DNA of 64,000 bases from the NCBI RefSeq assembly GCF_009914755.1, contig NC_060946.1. One strand, 5' to 3'. The notes beneath the pieces are model-generated. The model worked only from the letters and a program-made list of their open reading frames with translations. It made no database searches and had not been told where the DNA came from. Source of the DNA: the human T2T-CHM13v2.0 reference genome, Homo sapiens. Made by a program: the position numbers and the translations under genes. Below are positions 12,585 through 25,460 of the stretch, piece after piece (the stretch's first letter is position 1; each line of letters opens with the position of its first letter).

Positions 12585-13030
12585 AGATATTGCCAGGATG
12601 ATGCTATGTAGCAACCATCCCCAATCTCAGTGGCTGGTCAGTAACCTGTCTATTACTGCTCTCAAGTCTAAAACTCAGCTAAGCAGTTCTGGTCTCAAAT
12701 GGGTTGATTCCTGAGTCTGTAGACAGCTCTGCTCACCTTGACTGGGTTCTCTTATATGTTTGGGGTGAGCTGGTCACTACTGCCTTAGGATGGCCTTGAT
12801 CGCCTCCTTGTGTCTCCCATGTGTATCCCTCCATTGGGCCAGCCCCGGCGTGTTCTCATAATGAGACAGATGGGTGAAGTGAGCAAACCCCACTGTGTAG
12901 GGCAGTAAAGGAGTTGGGGTGCATGATCCAAACCTCTGCCTGACCCACTTGTGCTAACATCCTGCAGGCAAAGCCCATGCTACAGCCAGAGCCTGGGTCA
13001 GTGAGGGAGAGGCCTGCATGATTACTCCAC
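12585..13030 (-). mobile_element. Old MLT1-type LTR (degenerate)
   Basis: ATGCTATGTAGCAACCATCCCCAATCTCAGTGGCT and TGCTAACATCC..GGCAAAGC..CCAGAG motifs of reverse-oriented MLT1G-K LTRs. Confidence 0.55.
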
Positions 13031-13107
13031 TGAGGACATAGACACAGCACATCCACCGAGGACACTGGATACTGTGGTCAGTTCTGGCTTGCCCGTAAGT
13101 CAGAGAG

Positions 13108-13578
13108 CTGCCAAACAGGGGATAGCCCTCTAGGGTTCTTGTATTTGCCCAGGAAAGAATTCAAGGGCAAGCTGGTGGTTGGGTAGAATAGAAGAGCTTT
13201 ATGAAAGCCACAGTGTCACAGGTCCATGGCTGCTCCTGTCCAGCAGGGCCACCCCACAGGCAGTGTGCTGAGCTGAGAGGAGCGGCTCAGGGTGGTTCTC
13301 CAGTCATATTTCTACACACTTTTAATTACATGCAGATTAAGGAGTGGTTTAGGCAGAAATTTCTAGGGAAGGGGTAGTACATTTCGGGTCATTGAGTCAT
13401 TGCCATAGAAAGGGGCAGTAACGCCTGGCTGTTGCCATGGCAATGGTAGATTGACAGGGCACGCTGGTGGGTGTATGCTATGGAAAACTGCTTCCACCCC
13501 AGCCCTGTTTTAGCTAATCCTCAATACAGTCCCTTGTCGGAGCCCTGCCTCTGGAGTTGAGTCCCGTCTCCTGCATCA
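13108..13578 (-). mobile_element. ERV1 solo LTR, MER66-like
   Basis: GGGTTCTTG..GCCCAGGAAAGAATTCAAGGGCAAG at one end and CCCTGTTTTAGCTAATCCTCAA..GGAGTTGAGTCCCGTCTCCTGCATCA at the other. Confidence 0.7.
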
Positions 13579-13908
13579 AGAAGCCAAGGAGATATTTTGG
13601 ATCAAATTTAAGCAAAAAAACGCATGGATAAAAGAAAACTTATTAAAGAATAGTCCACATTCAGGAGAATGCACATCTCACAAACGTGGAACTCTGGATT
13701 TTCACGAACTGCAGACAGTTGAGTCAGCAGCACTTGCAGGAGCAAATGGAAAATCACCAGCTCTCAGAACCTCCGTCCTGCTGGCTCCAGTCACCTCAGC
13801 CCCCTGGGGGCAACATCACAATGGCTTCTAAACCCCTAGATGAGTTCCATCCACCTCTGCATATCCTATGAGGTGTGCAGGCCTCCACAGTTAGCCTCGT
13901 TCACTCAC

Positions 13909-14812
13909 TATATTAATCTGTTCTCACGCTGCTGATAAAGACATCCCCATGACTGGACACTTTACAAAAAAAAAGAGGTTTATTGGACTTATGGTTCCAT
14001 GTGGCTGGGGAGGCCTCACACTCATGGTGGAAGGTGAAAGGCACGTCTCACATGGTGGCAGACAAGAGAAGAGAGCTTGTGCAGGGAAACTCCCCTTTTA
14101 AAACCATCAGATCTCATGAGACTCATTCACTATCATGAGAACAGCACAGGAGAGACCTGCCCCACGATTCAATTACCTCCCACCAGGTCCCTCCCACAAT
14201 ATGTGATAATTCAGGATGAGATTTGGGTGGGGACACAGCCAAACCATATCATTCAGCCCCTGGCCCCTCCCAAATCTCATGTCCTCACATTTCAAAACCA
14301 ATTATGCCTTCCCAACAGTCCCCCAAAGTCTTAACTCATCTCAGCATTAATTCAAAACTCCACATTTCCAAAAGCCTTCCAAACTGTTACAACCTCTGCC
14401 TGTTTCCCAGTTCCAAAGTCACTTCCATGTTTTTGCGTATCTTTTCAGCAACGCCCCACTCTACCGGTACCAGTTGACTGTATTAGTCTGTTCTCATGTG
14501 GCTGATAAAGACATACCCAAGACTGGGCAATTTACAAAAGAAAGAGGTTTAATAGACTCACAGTTCCACGTGGCTGGGGAAGCCTCACAATCATGGCAGA
14601 AGGTGAAAGGCAGGTCTCACACGGTGGCAGACAAGAGAAGAGAGCTTGTGCAAGGAGGGTCCCATTTTTAAAACCATCAGATCTCGTGAGACTTATTCAC
14701 TATCACAAGAACAGACCCACCCTCATGACTCAATTACCTCCCACCAGGTCCCTCCCACAATATGTGGGAATTCAAGATGAGATTTGGGTGGGGACACAGA
14801 CAAACCATATCA
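13909..14812 (-). mobile_element. THE1 (MaLR) provirus: two LTRs (13909-14251, 14479-14812) flanking a 227-bp deleted internal region
   Basis: Two THE1 LTR copies in the same orientation, THE1-int termini between them, 5-bp TSD CTCAC at 13904-13908 and 14813-14817. Confidence 0.93.
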
Positions 14813-14919
14813 CTCACCATTTTGCCCATGAGATTTGCCCACATGGTCTCCGCAGCTGCAGACCGCACGTCCTCACGGCCGTAGAAGTGCCGTCAGTGAG
14901 ATGATGTGCCCTGGCTTAT

Positions 14920-17900
14920 GCGTTCAAGGGGCATTCGGACTCTTTCCAGTTTGAGGTTATTATGGGATAGGAGGTGCTGCTGTGTACATGTTGGCTGTCG
15001 TTTGGGTACATACCTGAGAATCAAACTGCTGGTCTTGGAGTAGGCTTGGCTTTATTAGATGCTGTCAAAGTCTAAGCGACCCTTCACATTTCGCATTCCC
15101 CCGAGTAGTGTTCAGGGTTTACTTGGTGCACACTTGGCCAACACGGGATGTCTTTCTATTTCTAGCCACTCTGGTGAGTCGTCAGTGGTGCACACCATGG
15201 TTTCAAGTTCATTTGCACTTTCTCAGTGTCTATAAAAATTGAGCAACTAGCAGTACCTTTATTCACATCTCCTTGTCTGTGAAAGATCCACTCAAATATT
15301 CTGCTGGTTCTGCGGAATGATCTGCTTTTTCTCAGTGATTTGTGGGAATCTTGCGTGTTATGGATTTCGGTCCTTTGCTGGGCATATGTGCTGAGAATAT
15401 GGCCTCTCCCCCATGGACTGGTTTTTCCTTCTCCTAATGGCATCTTGTTATGAGTAGACATTCATCTTGGCTCACTCCAAGGTTACAAAAGTGCTTTCCT
15501 GGCTGGGCACAGTGGCTTATACCTGTGATCTCAGCACTTTGGGAGGCCAAGGTGGGAGGATGAATAGAATCCAGGAGTTGGAGACCAGCCTGGGCAACAG
15601 TATGAAACTCTGTCTTTACAAAAAAATATAAAACTTTAGCCAGGCATGGTGTCATATACCTGTGGTCCCAGCTACTCAGGAGGCTGAAACAGGAGGATCA
15701 CTTGAGCCCAAGAAGTCAAGGCTGCAGTGAGCCAAGATCACACTGCCACCACTGCGTTGCAGCCTGGACAACAGAGAAAGTCCCTGTCTTACAAAAAAAA
15801 AAAAGAAAAAAAGAAGAATATTTTCCTCCACAATTTTTATTGTCTTGTCTTTCATATTTAAACCTGAAATTTATCTTAAACTGATGTTCGATACGCTATG
15901 ATGTAGAACTTGAAGTTAATTTTTTCCCATATGATCTTTGATTCCTCAAGCCCCCATTACTGAAAAGAACACCCTTTCCTACTGTGGCACCACCCCACCT
16001 CTGTCATAAATGAGTGGATGGCATCTGAGTCTGTCTCTGGACTTTTCTTATTTCAGTGGCCAGCATGCTTATCTTTGCTCTCTTTAATCCTGTAGATTTG
16101 CAGTCATATGGGGGTGGACGTGATATCTGACCAGGTCCATCCTCAACTTTGTGCTTCCTCAAGACTGCAATCTTCTTGTCTCTTTGAGCTGTTGCATGGA
16201 ATTTAGAATCAACTTGTCAAAGACCGGGGGAAAAGACTGCCAAGATTTTAATTGATATTACATTGGAATGTTTTGATTATTTCAGGGAGAATTAGTATCT
16301 TTACAGTACCGAATGCTGTCATCCCTCAATGTGTTATTTCCATTCATTTATGCCAGATTTCTTTAAGCTCTCTCAGCAATGTTTTGTAGTTTTACTATCG
16401 ATGTCATTCACATCTTCCATTTTAATTCATAGGCATTTGATGTTTTAATGCTATTGTCAGTGACATTTAAAAATGTGTTCCATTTGTTGCTGTTCCAAAG
16501 AAATATGATTGATTTTTTATGTTGGCCTTGAATCTAGTGACCTTGGTAAAATCACTTGCAAAATCTAACAGTTTGTCTGTAGACTTTCTGGATTTTCTAT
16601 ATACACATTCACGTCATCTGTGAGTAATAGCACTTTCATCTCTTCCTTTCCAATCCTTATACTTTAAATTTCTCTTTGCTGTGGGCTGCAGAGATGGGAC
16701 CTCCAGGACAATATTCAGTAGAGGTGTGGTGACCATGGCTGTCCTTTTAGTGCAGACTCCAGGGACATTTTTGCAATATTTCACCACTCATGATGTTTGT
16801 TTTGGAATTTTCTGTAGATGTTTTTTACCAGATTAAAGAATTTCTTTTTTGTTCCAAGTGTGTTTATTTTGTAAAGTCATGAATAAGGGTTGAATTTTAT
16901 CAGTATTTGTTTCTGCTTCCATCAAGATAATCATGAGATTTTTCTTCACACCTTCTGTTACTATGATGTATTACTTTGATTTTTTTTTGAATGTTAACTC
17001 ACACTTCCTTCCCTGGAATAAACTCCAGTTGGTCATAATATAATATATGCTTTACATTGTTAAATTGAACTTATCAAGGTCTCACTAACACGGAATGAAA
17101 TGCACCAATTTTAACTGTACACTTCAGTGAGTTTTGTCAAAGTTCGGTCCCCAGGTAATGTCCACCCAATTAAAACACAGAACATTTCCTTCTCCCTTAG
17201 AAATTCCCTCTTGCTACCTCCCAGTCAAGTCTTATCCCCACTCCACATAAGCACTGATGCAATTTCTATCACCTTATGTTAAATGTACTTATTCCAGTTA
17301 AATAAAAATGCAATATTTGACCTCTTTATGTCTGATGGCTTCTGCTAAGCATGATATACTTGTGAAAAGCAACCGCTTTTTCATACATCTCCAGGATTCC
17401 TTTTAAAATATAAAATGGACTTTAAAGTAATTTCAGATGTATAGAAAAGTTGTAAAGATAGTACAGACAGTTTCTGAATACCTTTACCCACTATCCCACA
17501 CTAATGCTTTACATAATCATGGGGTACATTTGTCATAATTGAAAAAATTTACATTGGTAAATTGCTGTCAAAGAAACCCCATGCCTTACTGTGATATCAG
17601 CAGTTTTTGCACGAATGCGTGGTTTCCTGTTCCAGGACCCCATGCGGGAGACTGGATCACTTTTATTTGTCGCCTTAGCTTCTTCAGGCTGTAATTGCTT
17701 CTTTCTAAAATTTTTTTTTAGTAAGTTAACAATCGTGAGGAATACTGTAGCTCCAAAATGTCTCTCCGCTGGGGCGCCTGTTTTTCCTGCAACTGTACTG
17801 GTGTTGAGTGTTTGGGGGGACAGACACCAGAGTTAAAGTGCCCGGCTCATCCTGCTGCCTCCCCGCCTCTCAAAACAGGAGACGTGACGTTCGCCCCTGG

Positions 17901-18080
17901 TGAAGGCATCTCCATGGTAGTTATTTTTTCCTGGATTATGCTATATTTGTTAAATGATTCTCTATTTGTTGGATTATGCTCTATTTGTTGGAAGTAACTC
18001 AGGAAGTCCAGCTCACACATAGAGAAGAGAAGCTAAGCTTCATTTCCTGGAGCGGAGAGAAGCTCCATATATTATTTCAA
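14920..18080 (-). mobile_element. Cluster of old L1M (L1ME/L1MC-like) fragments
   Basis: T-rich reverse L1 motifs (TTTAGAATCAACTTGTCA, ATTGATATTACATTGGAAT, TCATCTGTGAGTAATAGCACTTT, CCTGGAATAAACTCCAGTTGGTCAT, ATAGAAAAGTTGTAAAGATAGTACAGA). Confidence 0.7.
15501..15815 (+). mobile_element. AluJ inserted in L1
   Basis: GGCTGGGCACAGTGGCT start, AluJ-type GGATCACTTGAGCCCAAGAAGTCAAGGCTGCAGTGAGC, A tail, degenerate TSD ...TTTCCT. Confidence 0.92.
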
Positions 18081-18082
18081 AT

Positions 18083-18895
18083 TTGCTGTGGACTGAACGT
18101 TTTTGTGTCTCCCCAAAATTTCTACTTAGAAATACTCATCCCAAGGTGGTGGTATTAGGAGGTGGGGCCTTTGGGAGGTGATTTAGTCATGAGAGGGAGC
18201 CTCACTGGTGGGATTACTGCCCTTATGAAAGAGACCAGAGAGACCCCTTCCCCTTTCACCTCATGAGGACACAGCCAGAAGGAGGCTGTCTCCAGATGAT
18301 GAATCTGCCAGCAACCGGGTCTTGGATGTCTCAACCTTCAAAACTGTGAAACATAAATATCTGTTGTTTATAAGCCACTCGGTCTATGGTATTTTGTCAC
18401 AGTCACCCAAACAGACCAAGAGAGAAATTGGTATCGAGAGAGGGATGCTGCTCCAATAGGTACCTAAAAATGTGGATGTGGCTTTAGAACTGGGTGACGG
18501 GTAGAGGCGGAAGAGTCTGGAAGTGCATGTAATAAAAAGCCTATGTTGGCCTGAATGAACTTTCAAACGCCATCCTGATGAGGGCTCAGAAAGAAGAAAG
18601 GAGGGCTTGGAGGAAGCCCCCTCCTTCCTAGAGAGCATCTAAGTAACCCTGAGGAGAATGGCTGCAGAAATGGGGATCATAAAGACCACTCTGGCAAGGT
18701 GCCAGTGGGAGTGAGAAACACATTACCAGACAGTGGAAGGACGGCTGTCCTTGTTACACGATGGCAAAGAACTTGGCTGAACTGTGTTTGTGTCCTAGTG
18801 TTTTGTGGAAGGTGGAACTTGTGAACAATAAAATTTGATATTTGGCTGAGGCAATCCGTAGGCATGGTGTTGAAGGAGTGGCTTGGTTTGTCTTG
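18083..18895 (+). mobile_element. MLT1A/MST-type LTR (18083-18423) plus the start of the MaLR internal sequence
   Basis: TGCTGTGGACTGAA..GTATTAGGAGGTGGGGCCTTTGGGAGGTGA..GACCAAGAGA, then GAAATTGGTA..AAAATGTGGATGTGGCTTTAGAACTGGG typical of MaLR-int. Confidence 0.85.
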
Positions 18896-19056
18896 ACAAA
18901 GGAATACAGTGTAGAAATGGTCAAGTCAATGGGCTATCCATTGATCCAATGTATCAATACAGACTCAAGTACGGGGCATTGATTTGATCCAATACAAGAA
19001 TTGGATGCATAAATTGATGGGGAGACAGAACACATCTTCCTTACAGAAGGTCTCTT

Positions 19057-19247
19057 CCTTAGTTCGTTTGGGCAGTTACACCAAAGGGCCCTAGACTGGA
19101 GGCTCATAAACAACAGAAATTAATGACTCCCAGTTCCGGAGGCTGCAAGTCCAAGATAAAGGCCATGGCAGATTGGGTGCCTGGTGAGGGCCCAAGATCT
19201 GGTTCATGGACTGTGCCTTCTGTCCTTGTCCTCACATGCTGGAAGGA
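19057..19247 (-). mobile_element. MLT1/MST LTR fragment
   Basis: ATAAACAACAGAAATT..CAGTTCCGGAGGCTGCAAGTCCAAGATAAAGG..GGCAGATTGGGTGCCTGGTGAGGGCC. Confidence 0.75.
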
Positions 19248-20524
19248 GTATTCAAAATTCAGGCTACCCCTGAGTCTCTGAAAATACATTTTATGAATGA
19301 AGTGAATACTTTCTTTCATGATACAATTGAACCTTAAGGAAGATGAGCCCGTGTGCCTTGCTCTGAAAGTTCATCAGACTCATCCTCCTTCCAAAATGCA
19401 CTTCCGCTTGACTGTGAAACTAGCCCAGTGTGTCAGGAAGTGAAGAAAGTCAAGCCCTGCCCGTGTGCGTGTGAACACGGGTGTGGCCTAGACGCTCCAA
19501 ACTCTGCCTGGAATGACAGCCAGCTGAACCAGCAAAGCCATCAAATGACTTCCACCGTTGAGTTGATCGGTCTTCTAAGTGTAAGAGCGTTTATTACCAG
19601 AGCCCGCAAAGTGAGGACTATTATGGCAGGAGATTTCCAAGCACTCTCGTCCCCCCACAAACACACACATGCAGCAGGGGTGGGAAGAGCCCCTCCTGTT
19701 TTTCAGCGCTTTCATGAACATCACACACACATCAGCATGGTATGAAGGCCACGGTGGGGGGCTTGGGGCTGGCACAAGAAGGGCCCCAGCTGCAGCCATG
19801 GCTGAGGGAGGTGGGGACCTGCTCTGTGCCCTCAGTGATGGACTGGACACTGCTGTCTCATAACAGTCCTGTGCACCTCTGTGGGGCTCACCAGAGTTGC
19901 CCCTTCCTTCTTCAAAAACATTTACGTGTTTGGTACACCTGTTTAATCAGTCTGACTTTCTCCACTGTTGGAGTGGTGTGCTTACTTCTCTTACAAATGA
20001 ATAGAATCATTGAATGTAAAAGAGATGGAAAAATAAAGCTTCTACCTCAGCGTCTTGGGCGATGAGTTTCGATGGGTGAGGAAACATTTCCACGAGATAG
20101 AGAAGGGGCGCCATTGAGTGAACAATCTCATCTTTCACCTCCAAGATTCATGCACTAGCAGCCCCAAGCCCCACCAAATGAAGGGGTCTGGGTGGTATAG
20201 GCACTGCCTGGTCATTAAGGAATTCACCAAGAGAGCACAGGTAGATTTTCCACCAAGGCCAGAGTGAATGGTGTTTAATGAACGTGGCTTTATCATACCA
20301 TGGTGAAGGGATTGCCACCATCAGAGAGGAGTGAAGCTCCCCAAGGTCGTGAATTGAGGCTGCCCTGGAGAACTGGAAGCCACTAGAGCTGGACGGGGTG
20401 GGAGAAAACGCACCTACACCCACCATGCCTGGTGCACAGGCTGAATGGCCGGGACGGCCTGGCCCTCCCTGATTCTGAGGTGTCGAGTTCCCTGGGGATG
20501 CCAAGGAACCGGCAAACATCAACC

Positions 20525-20604
20525 AACTCAGAATCCCAGCCCCGTGCAGATACTATGGGACATCACTCAGAATCCCAGCCCTATGCTGATGCTGTGTGAC
20601 ATCA
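20525..20604. repeat. Tandem duplication, 39-bp unit x2
   Basis: ACTCAGAATCCCAGCCC...GACATCAC twice. Confidence 0.85.
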
Positions 20605-23477
20605 CGTGGAGTCCGTGGCCTGTGTGTCAGGAAGCCGACAAAGCCAGGACCCCGCAGTGAGGCCAGTGTGAGCTCCATCCAGGCCCAGATGGGTGCAGAG
20701 GCTCTTGCCCATGGTGCCCATGGCTGAGTTCTCCCCTCTCAGCCCCATGTGGACTCTCCACAGCCTGCTGGGGTGCTGTTGCCTCCATGAGATGCTTATC
20801 CGAGCTCAGTCTCTGCACCGTTGAATCAGGAGCCCTCGGAGAGCAACAGCCCCTTCCTTCATGCACCGACTTCTCTGGGATGATCCCAAGCCCTGGACAT
20901 CACGGCATGGACGACGTCCATCTCAACCTGACCACTGGAGAAGCTGGTCAGCATCCACAGAACCGACATGGGGGAACTGGGGGGGCCCCACCCGCTCAGC
21001 CAGGGACACAGACAGCCTTCATCCTGCACTACCTGGCCTCCAGGACTCACGGATGAGGACCGGCCCTCAGGACGGTGGACACTCACCTGTCAAGCCCAGA
21101 AAGAGTCCGGCTCTCTGGAACCCAGCCTCAGGAGGGCCCCTGGGGACTAATCCTCAGAGTTAACTCCTCAGTCCTGCTGAGTTTTCCCATAGCTGACCGA
21201 CATCTGCTCAGGGGTCAGGGGGACCCAGCTCCCCACTGGGCCCAGGGCTTCTGAGAACTCACCCTGGCTAGCATCCTCCAAGCTCCTTTGGCAGACTGGC
21301 CCCTGAATCCTCTGTGGACCCGAGACACTGGCTGGCTCCCTAGTCATCGAGCAGCTCCTGCTGGAATCCCCACAGGGGATGGAGCAGGCCGCGTGGTGAG
21401 GCCACACAGGGACAGCGTCGGAACGGCTCATGGTGGGAGCAGCCACAGCGCACCTGCCTAGAACGCCTGGTCTCCTGCCTCTGTGCAGTGTGGGCGAGGG
21501 GGTGGCTGCCTGCTAAGGGTTAATGAGAAGACAGGACCTGAGCGGTCACTGCCAAGCGGGGCGCCCCTCTGCAGGTGCTGGATGTGGCCACATTATGAAA
21601 AGGACGCCTCATCCCTCAGCTGTTTCGTAAATTATCTAAAAATCAACCTTCCGTTCCAAAAGTGACCTAAAATGATAAGCTCCGTGGCGGGAAATGTTGC
21701 CAAATGTTTTCTTATGAAAACCATGATGTCAGAAAAAAGGCGTAATGTCTTTATAGAGGGCTGGAGCGGCCGGATGGGGCCTCTGGGGCAATCACCTTAA
21801 AAGCTTTCCAATATTTTTAGACTTGTATTTGCTATTTGTTCGAGTCACTTTGGAAGCTCAGCACAGCTTTTGTTTTGGGGGTTTTACGAGTTTGTTTAAT
21901 GCCCACGGTCCAAGTGTTTCCATCCATTAGCTCGGCTGCGTCAGCGCCACCGCGATCTATTAACTCCTCCCGCCAGGCCCTCGGCGGCCCCGTGGCCACG
22001 GCAGGCGCTACCCACCCTGGCTCCCTGCCTGTGGCTTCAGAATTTGTGGAGGTGAGCCCTGCACAGCCCGGCTTCCCACTCTCTCCGGGAAGCCACCATC
22101 CCTGGCAATTCTGTCCCCCCGGAGGTCGGGCCCTCATCAGCTGCACTGTGTGGCCTCCTGTCTCTGGGACTCCTGTCCTTGACCCTGTTATGAACGAGGG
22201 AAGCATCCTGTGATCCTCTTTGTGGTCTTTGCTGCTGGTCGAAGCATTTTTTGGGGCTCAGGGATGGGAACTGTGTCCTGGACCATGTCCAGCCTCGGGG
22301 CAGGGCAGGGATACACTGCCTGGGAGCCTCTGTGGTTCCAGCAAAGCCGCCCAGGCTCCAGCCCTGCCCCACGTTTCCTGGAGGGCACAGGCAGTGCCTG
22401 TCCTAACCCTGAGAGGTCTGCTCACGGGGTCACCCCACTGTGGTCCTCATTCCTGATATCGAGCCTGAGTCCCTGAGTCATGGAGATGCAATTGGAGATG
22501 CTGTGGACCCTCTAAGAGGAATTTCCGTCCCAGCTGTGTCCCTGGGGGTGCCCTGGCCCCGCCTGTGTTGCCCCTGGGCTGCAGAGTTGTCCTCCTGACC
22601 CATGACCAGCCCCTGAGTGTAGTGGAGGCCGCCGTCCCCCCGTACCCCCTGCTGGTTTTGAGGGAGCTGTCTTCTTCCTCATACCAGCTTTCTGCCAATG
22701 CCTGCCCCAGCCAAGAAGCAGATCCACCTCTGGAATGGGAGGCTGGGTGAGCCATCAGGAGCTGGTGCCAGCTGCACACAGGAGGTGTGTGAGACAGCCA
22801 GTGACGTGCAGTGGCAGGAAGACCTGAGTGTGGTCCTGGGCTCCCCCCACGGCTCACCACCCTAAAGGTCCTATGCATGGGGCCACGGGGTCGTGCCTGC
22901 AGCAAGACCTAGGGGAGTGCTCAGCACATCCCAAAACCCCAGGCTCCCTCTGCACATGTGGGATTACCTGGAGCCTAGCTGGGGTTGACCCGAGTAGGGG
23001 GATGGCCCAGCCACAGCACACAGGACCCCCAGTTCTTCCAGCTCCAAGAATGGCCTCTCCTCAGACATGCGTCCATCAAACAGGCACAGTGGCTGAGCTC
23101 CTTCCAGTCACCTCCTGGACCTCCGGCTGGGCGAAGCCGCCTCTGCCCGCCCACTGCTCACAAAACCCCTGGACTGTCCCAGGTCCTCCAGCCCCTGTGG
23201 ATCCCACTTCCGTCTCAACCCACCTCCCTGCTCCTGTTTCCCCACCACGTTAAAATGCCCAGAAAGGGGCCTGTAGTCGGTAGCCTTTTCCCGTCTCCAC
23301 CTTCTCCTGACTCACACTGCCCGGCCGGCATCTCTCTATGGAAACGGGGCTCGCCAAGGCCTTCAGTGATGTCTGTGCTGCAAATGTAGTTGTTGGTTCT
23401 CTGCCCTCACCGGGTTTAACCTCCCTCCTGACCCCACACACCACTTCCCTGATTTATTTACTTTTGTCCAAAGTCCT

Positions 23478-24266
23478 TGTGTTTATCAGGGTTCTCCAGA
23501 CAGTCAGATACACACACACACATACTCACACGTGTACACACACATGCACACACCGATATACAAATATACATATATGTATACAATGTACAAATAGGCTTTA
23601 CACACACACACACACTCACACATGTACACACACACCCATGCACAGGTATACAATTATACATATATATGTGTAAGATGTACAAATAGGCTTTACATATATA
23701 TGTAAATGCTACAAGTCTGTAAATGTATACATGTATGTAAATGTATGCATATATGTGAATGTATGCATATATGTATGGATATATGTAAATGTATACATAT
23801 GTACATAGATATATGTATTTACATATAGATATAAAGCCTATTAGTACATCTTATACATATATATATGATAATTTCCGGGAGCAAGGGGCTGTCTCCCTCT
23901 CTGCGTATATCCATATATGGAGAGAAAGAGAGATTTTAAGAAATTGACTCATGTGACAGGGGGTACTGGCAAGTCCACAGCCTGCAGGCCAAGCTGGCAG
24001 GATGGATAAAGGGTTGATGCTGCTGCCCAAGTCTGAGGCCACCCGGAACCAGTGTTCCCTCCTCCGGGGGCACCCCAGCCTTTTGTCTTAAGCACCTCAA
24101 CGGATTGGTGGCAGCTCACCCATGTCATGGGGACTGAACTGCTCCACTCAAAGTCGGCTGATTTAAATGTTTGTCCAAGAAACACCCTCACTGCGGCCTC
24201 TGCACTGGTGTTGAACCAGGAATCTGGGTCCCACGGCCCAGCGAGTGGACACAGGACACTGCCCAT
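23478..24266 (-). mobile_element. MLT2 (ERVL) LTR with expanded internal (CA)n/(TA)n simple repeats (~23508-23870)
   Basis: TCAGGGTTCTCCAGA..., AAGAAATTGACTCATGTGA..GGCAAGTCC, CTCAAAGTCGGCTGATTTAAATGTT..AACACCCTCAC. Confidence 0.8.
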
Positions 24267-25407
24267 TGCTGACCAGGCCTCGCCACTCCCTCGTCCACGC
24301 TGCAGCTGCTGTGCTGGCTTTTTCGTGGCTGGCCCCATCCCGCTGCCACACAGCTCCCTGAGGGTGGCGTTCCTGTCTTGTCAGCTCTGGCACCCCAGGC
24401 TTTCTGGCCATTTCTGGACTGCATGAATGAAGGCCGAGGCAGAAGCACCACCTGAGACGCAGGCTCAGGGATCAGGAGGGACCGTTGCCCACAGGACTGG
24501 TCTGGGAAGCTGGACTCCCGGCAGCTCTTCCCCACTAGCATGCAGGCCCAGGGGTAAGCATGTGCGATTACAACTCCAACAGGACCCTGTGCACACAGGA
24601 TGTCCGGGCGGCTTGGACTTCCCACACTACTTAATGTGGGCAGGAAGCCATGGCCCCTCTGCCGATGGCTTCTTCATCATTGGGGAATCTTCTCCGTAGC
24701 TCCAGCAGCCGGCGCACGGGCCCAGGAACTGGTCAACAGCGATCAATGACTTGGCAGTGGCTTTCATCAGGGTCAGCAGGACACAGACGAGGTGAATGCC
24801 ATTTCTGCCCTGGGGTTAGGACTTCACAAGTTGTCAATACCTTGGAATCACCCATGCAGCTCCACCCTCATCCGGGCGAACTCACAAGCCCCACGCAGGC
24901 CATGCATCTGCCAGGGATGAGGCCCAGGAAGACGCCTCGGCCAAACCCTGAGGATCACACAGGGGCAACATCGTTACCGGATGGATTCGAATCCAGAGCA
25001 GTCTGGGGCAAAGCAAGCCTAATTCTGTTTTCCCCCGTCATCTGCGCCAACCTCCTCCCACATCCCTGTGAGGCAGAGCCAGGAGTGCAGCAGAGAACAG
25101 GGTGAGGATGCCAAGGCCCACGCTCGGCGCTCCTACCGGCCCTGCCACTGGCTTTGATCCCCTGGATGTGGAAGGAGCCCCTGAACCGTCTTCCTTCACG
25201 TTCCCGTCTGACTGCCTCTGACTCACCTGTGAACTCTCCGCACAGCACCCACCCTGAGCTTGAGCTCGCAATTGAGAGCCCCTCGGCGCCACGTGCTCCC
25301 CCTTGCTAACCACGTCGCCCTGGGGACAGGGCAGGCGACCGAGAGGGTTCTCCATGTGCAAGTCCAGGCCCCACCCTCACAGCTGCGGGACGCTCATCCA
25401 TATATCC

Positions 25408-25460
25408 CTCACTTATTCATTCAACAAACAGCAACTAAGTGCCCTCTTAGGGCCGGCAAG
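25408..25460 (-). mobile_element. L2 3'-end fragment
   Basis: CACTTATTCATTCAACAAACAGCAACTAAGTGCC resembles the L2 terminal motif. Confidence 0.5.

Noticed and set aside
13995-14590. PRDM9 hotspot motif in the THE1 LTRs
   Set aside because: The copies read CCTCCCCAGCCAC and CTTCCCCAGCCAC rather than the hotspot-associated CCTCCCTAGCCAC.
18930-19050. Cluster of ATTGAT/ATCAAT (ONECUT/CUX-like) motifs
   Set aside because: Lies between repeat fragments and looks like degraded L1 3' sequence; no independent support.
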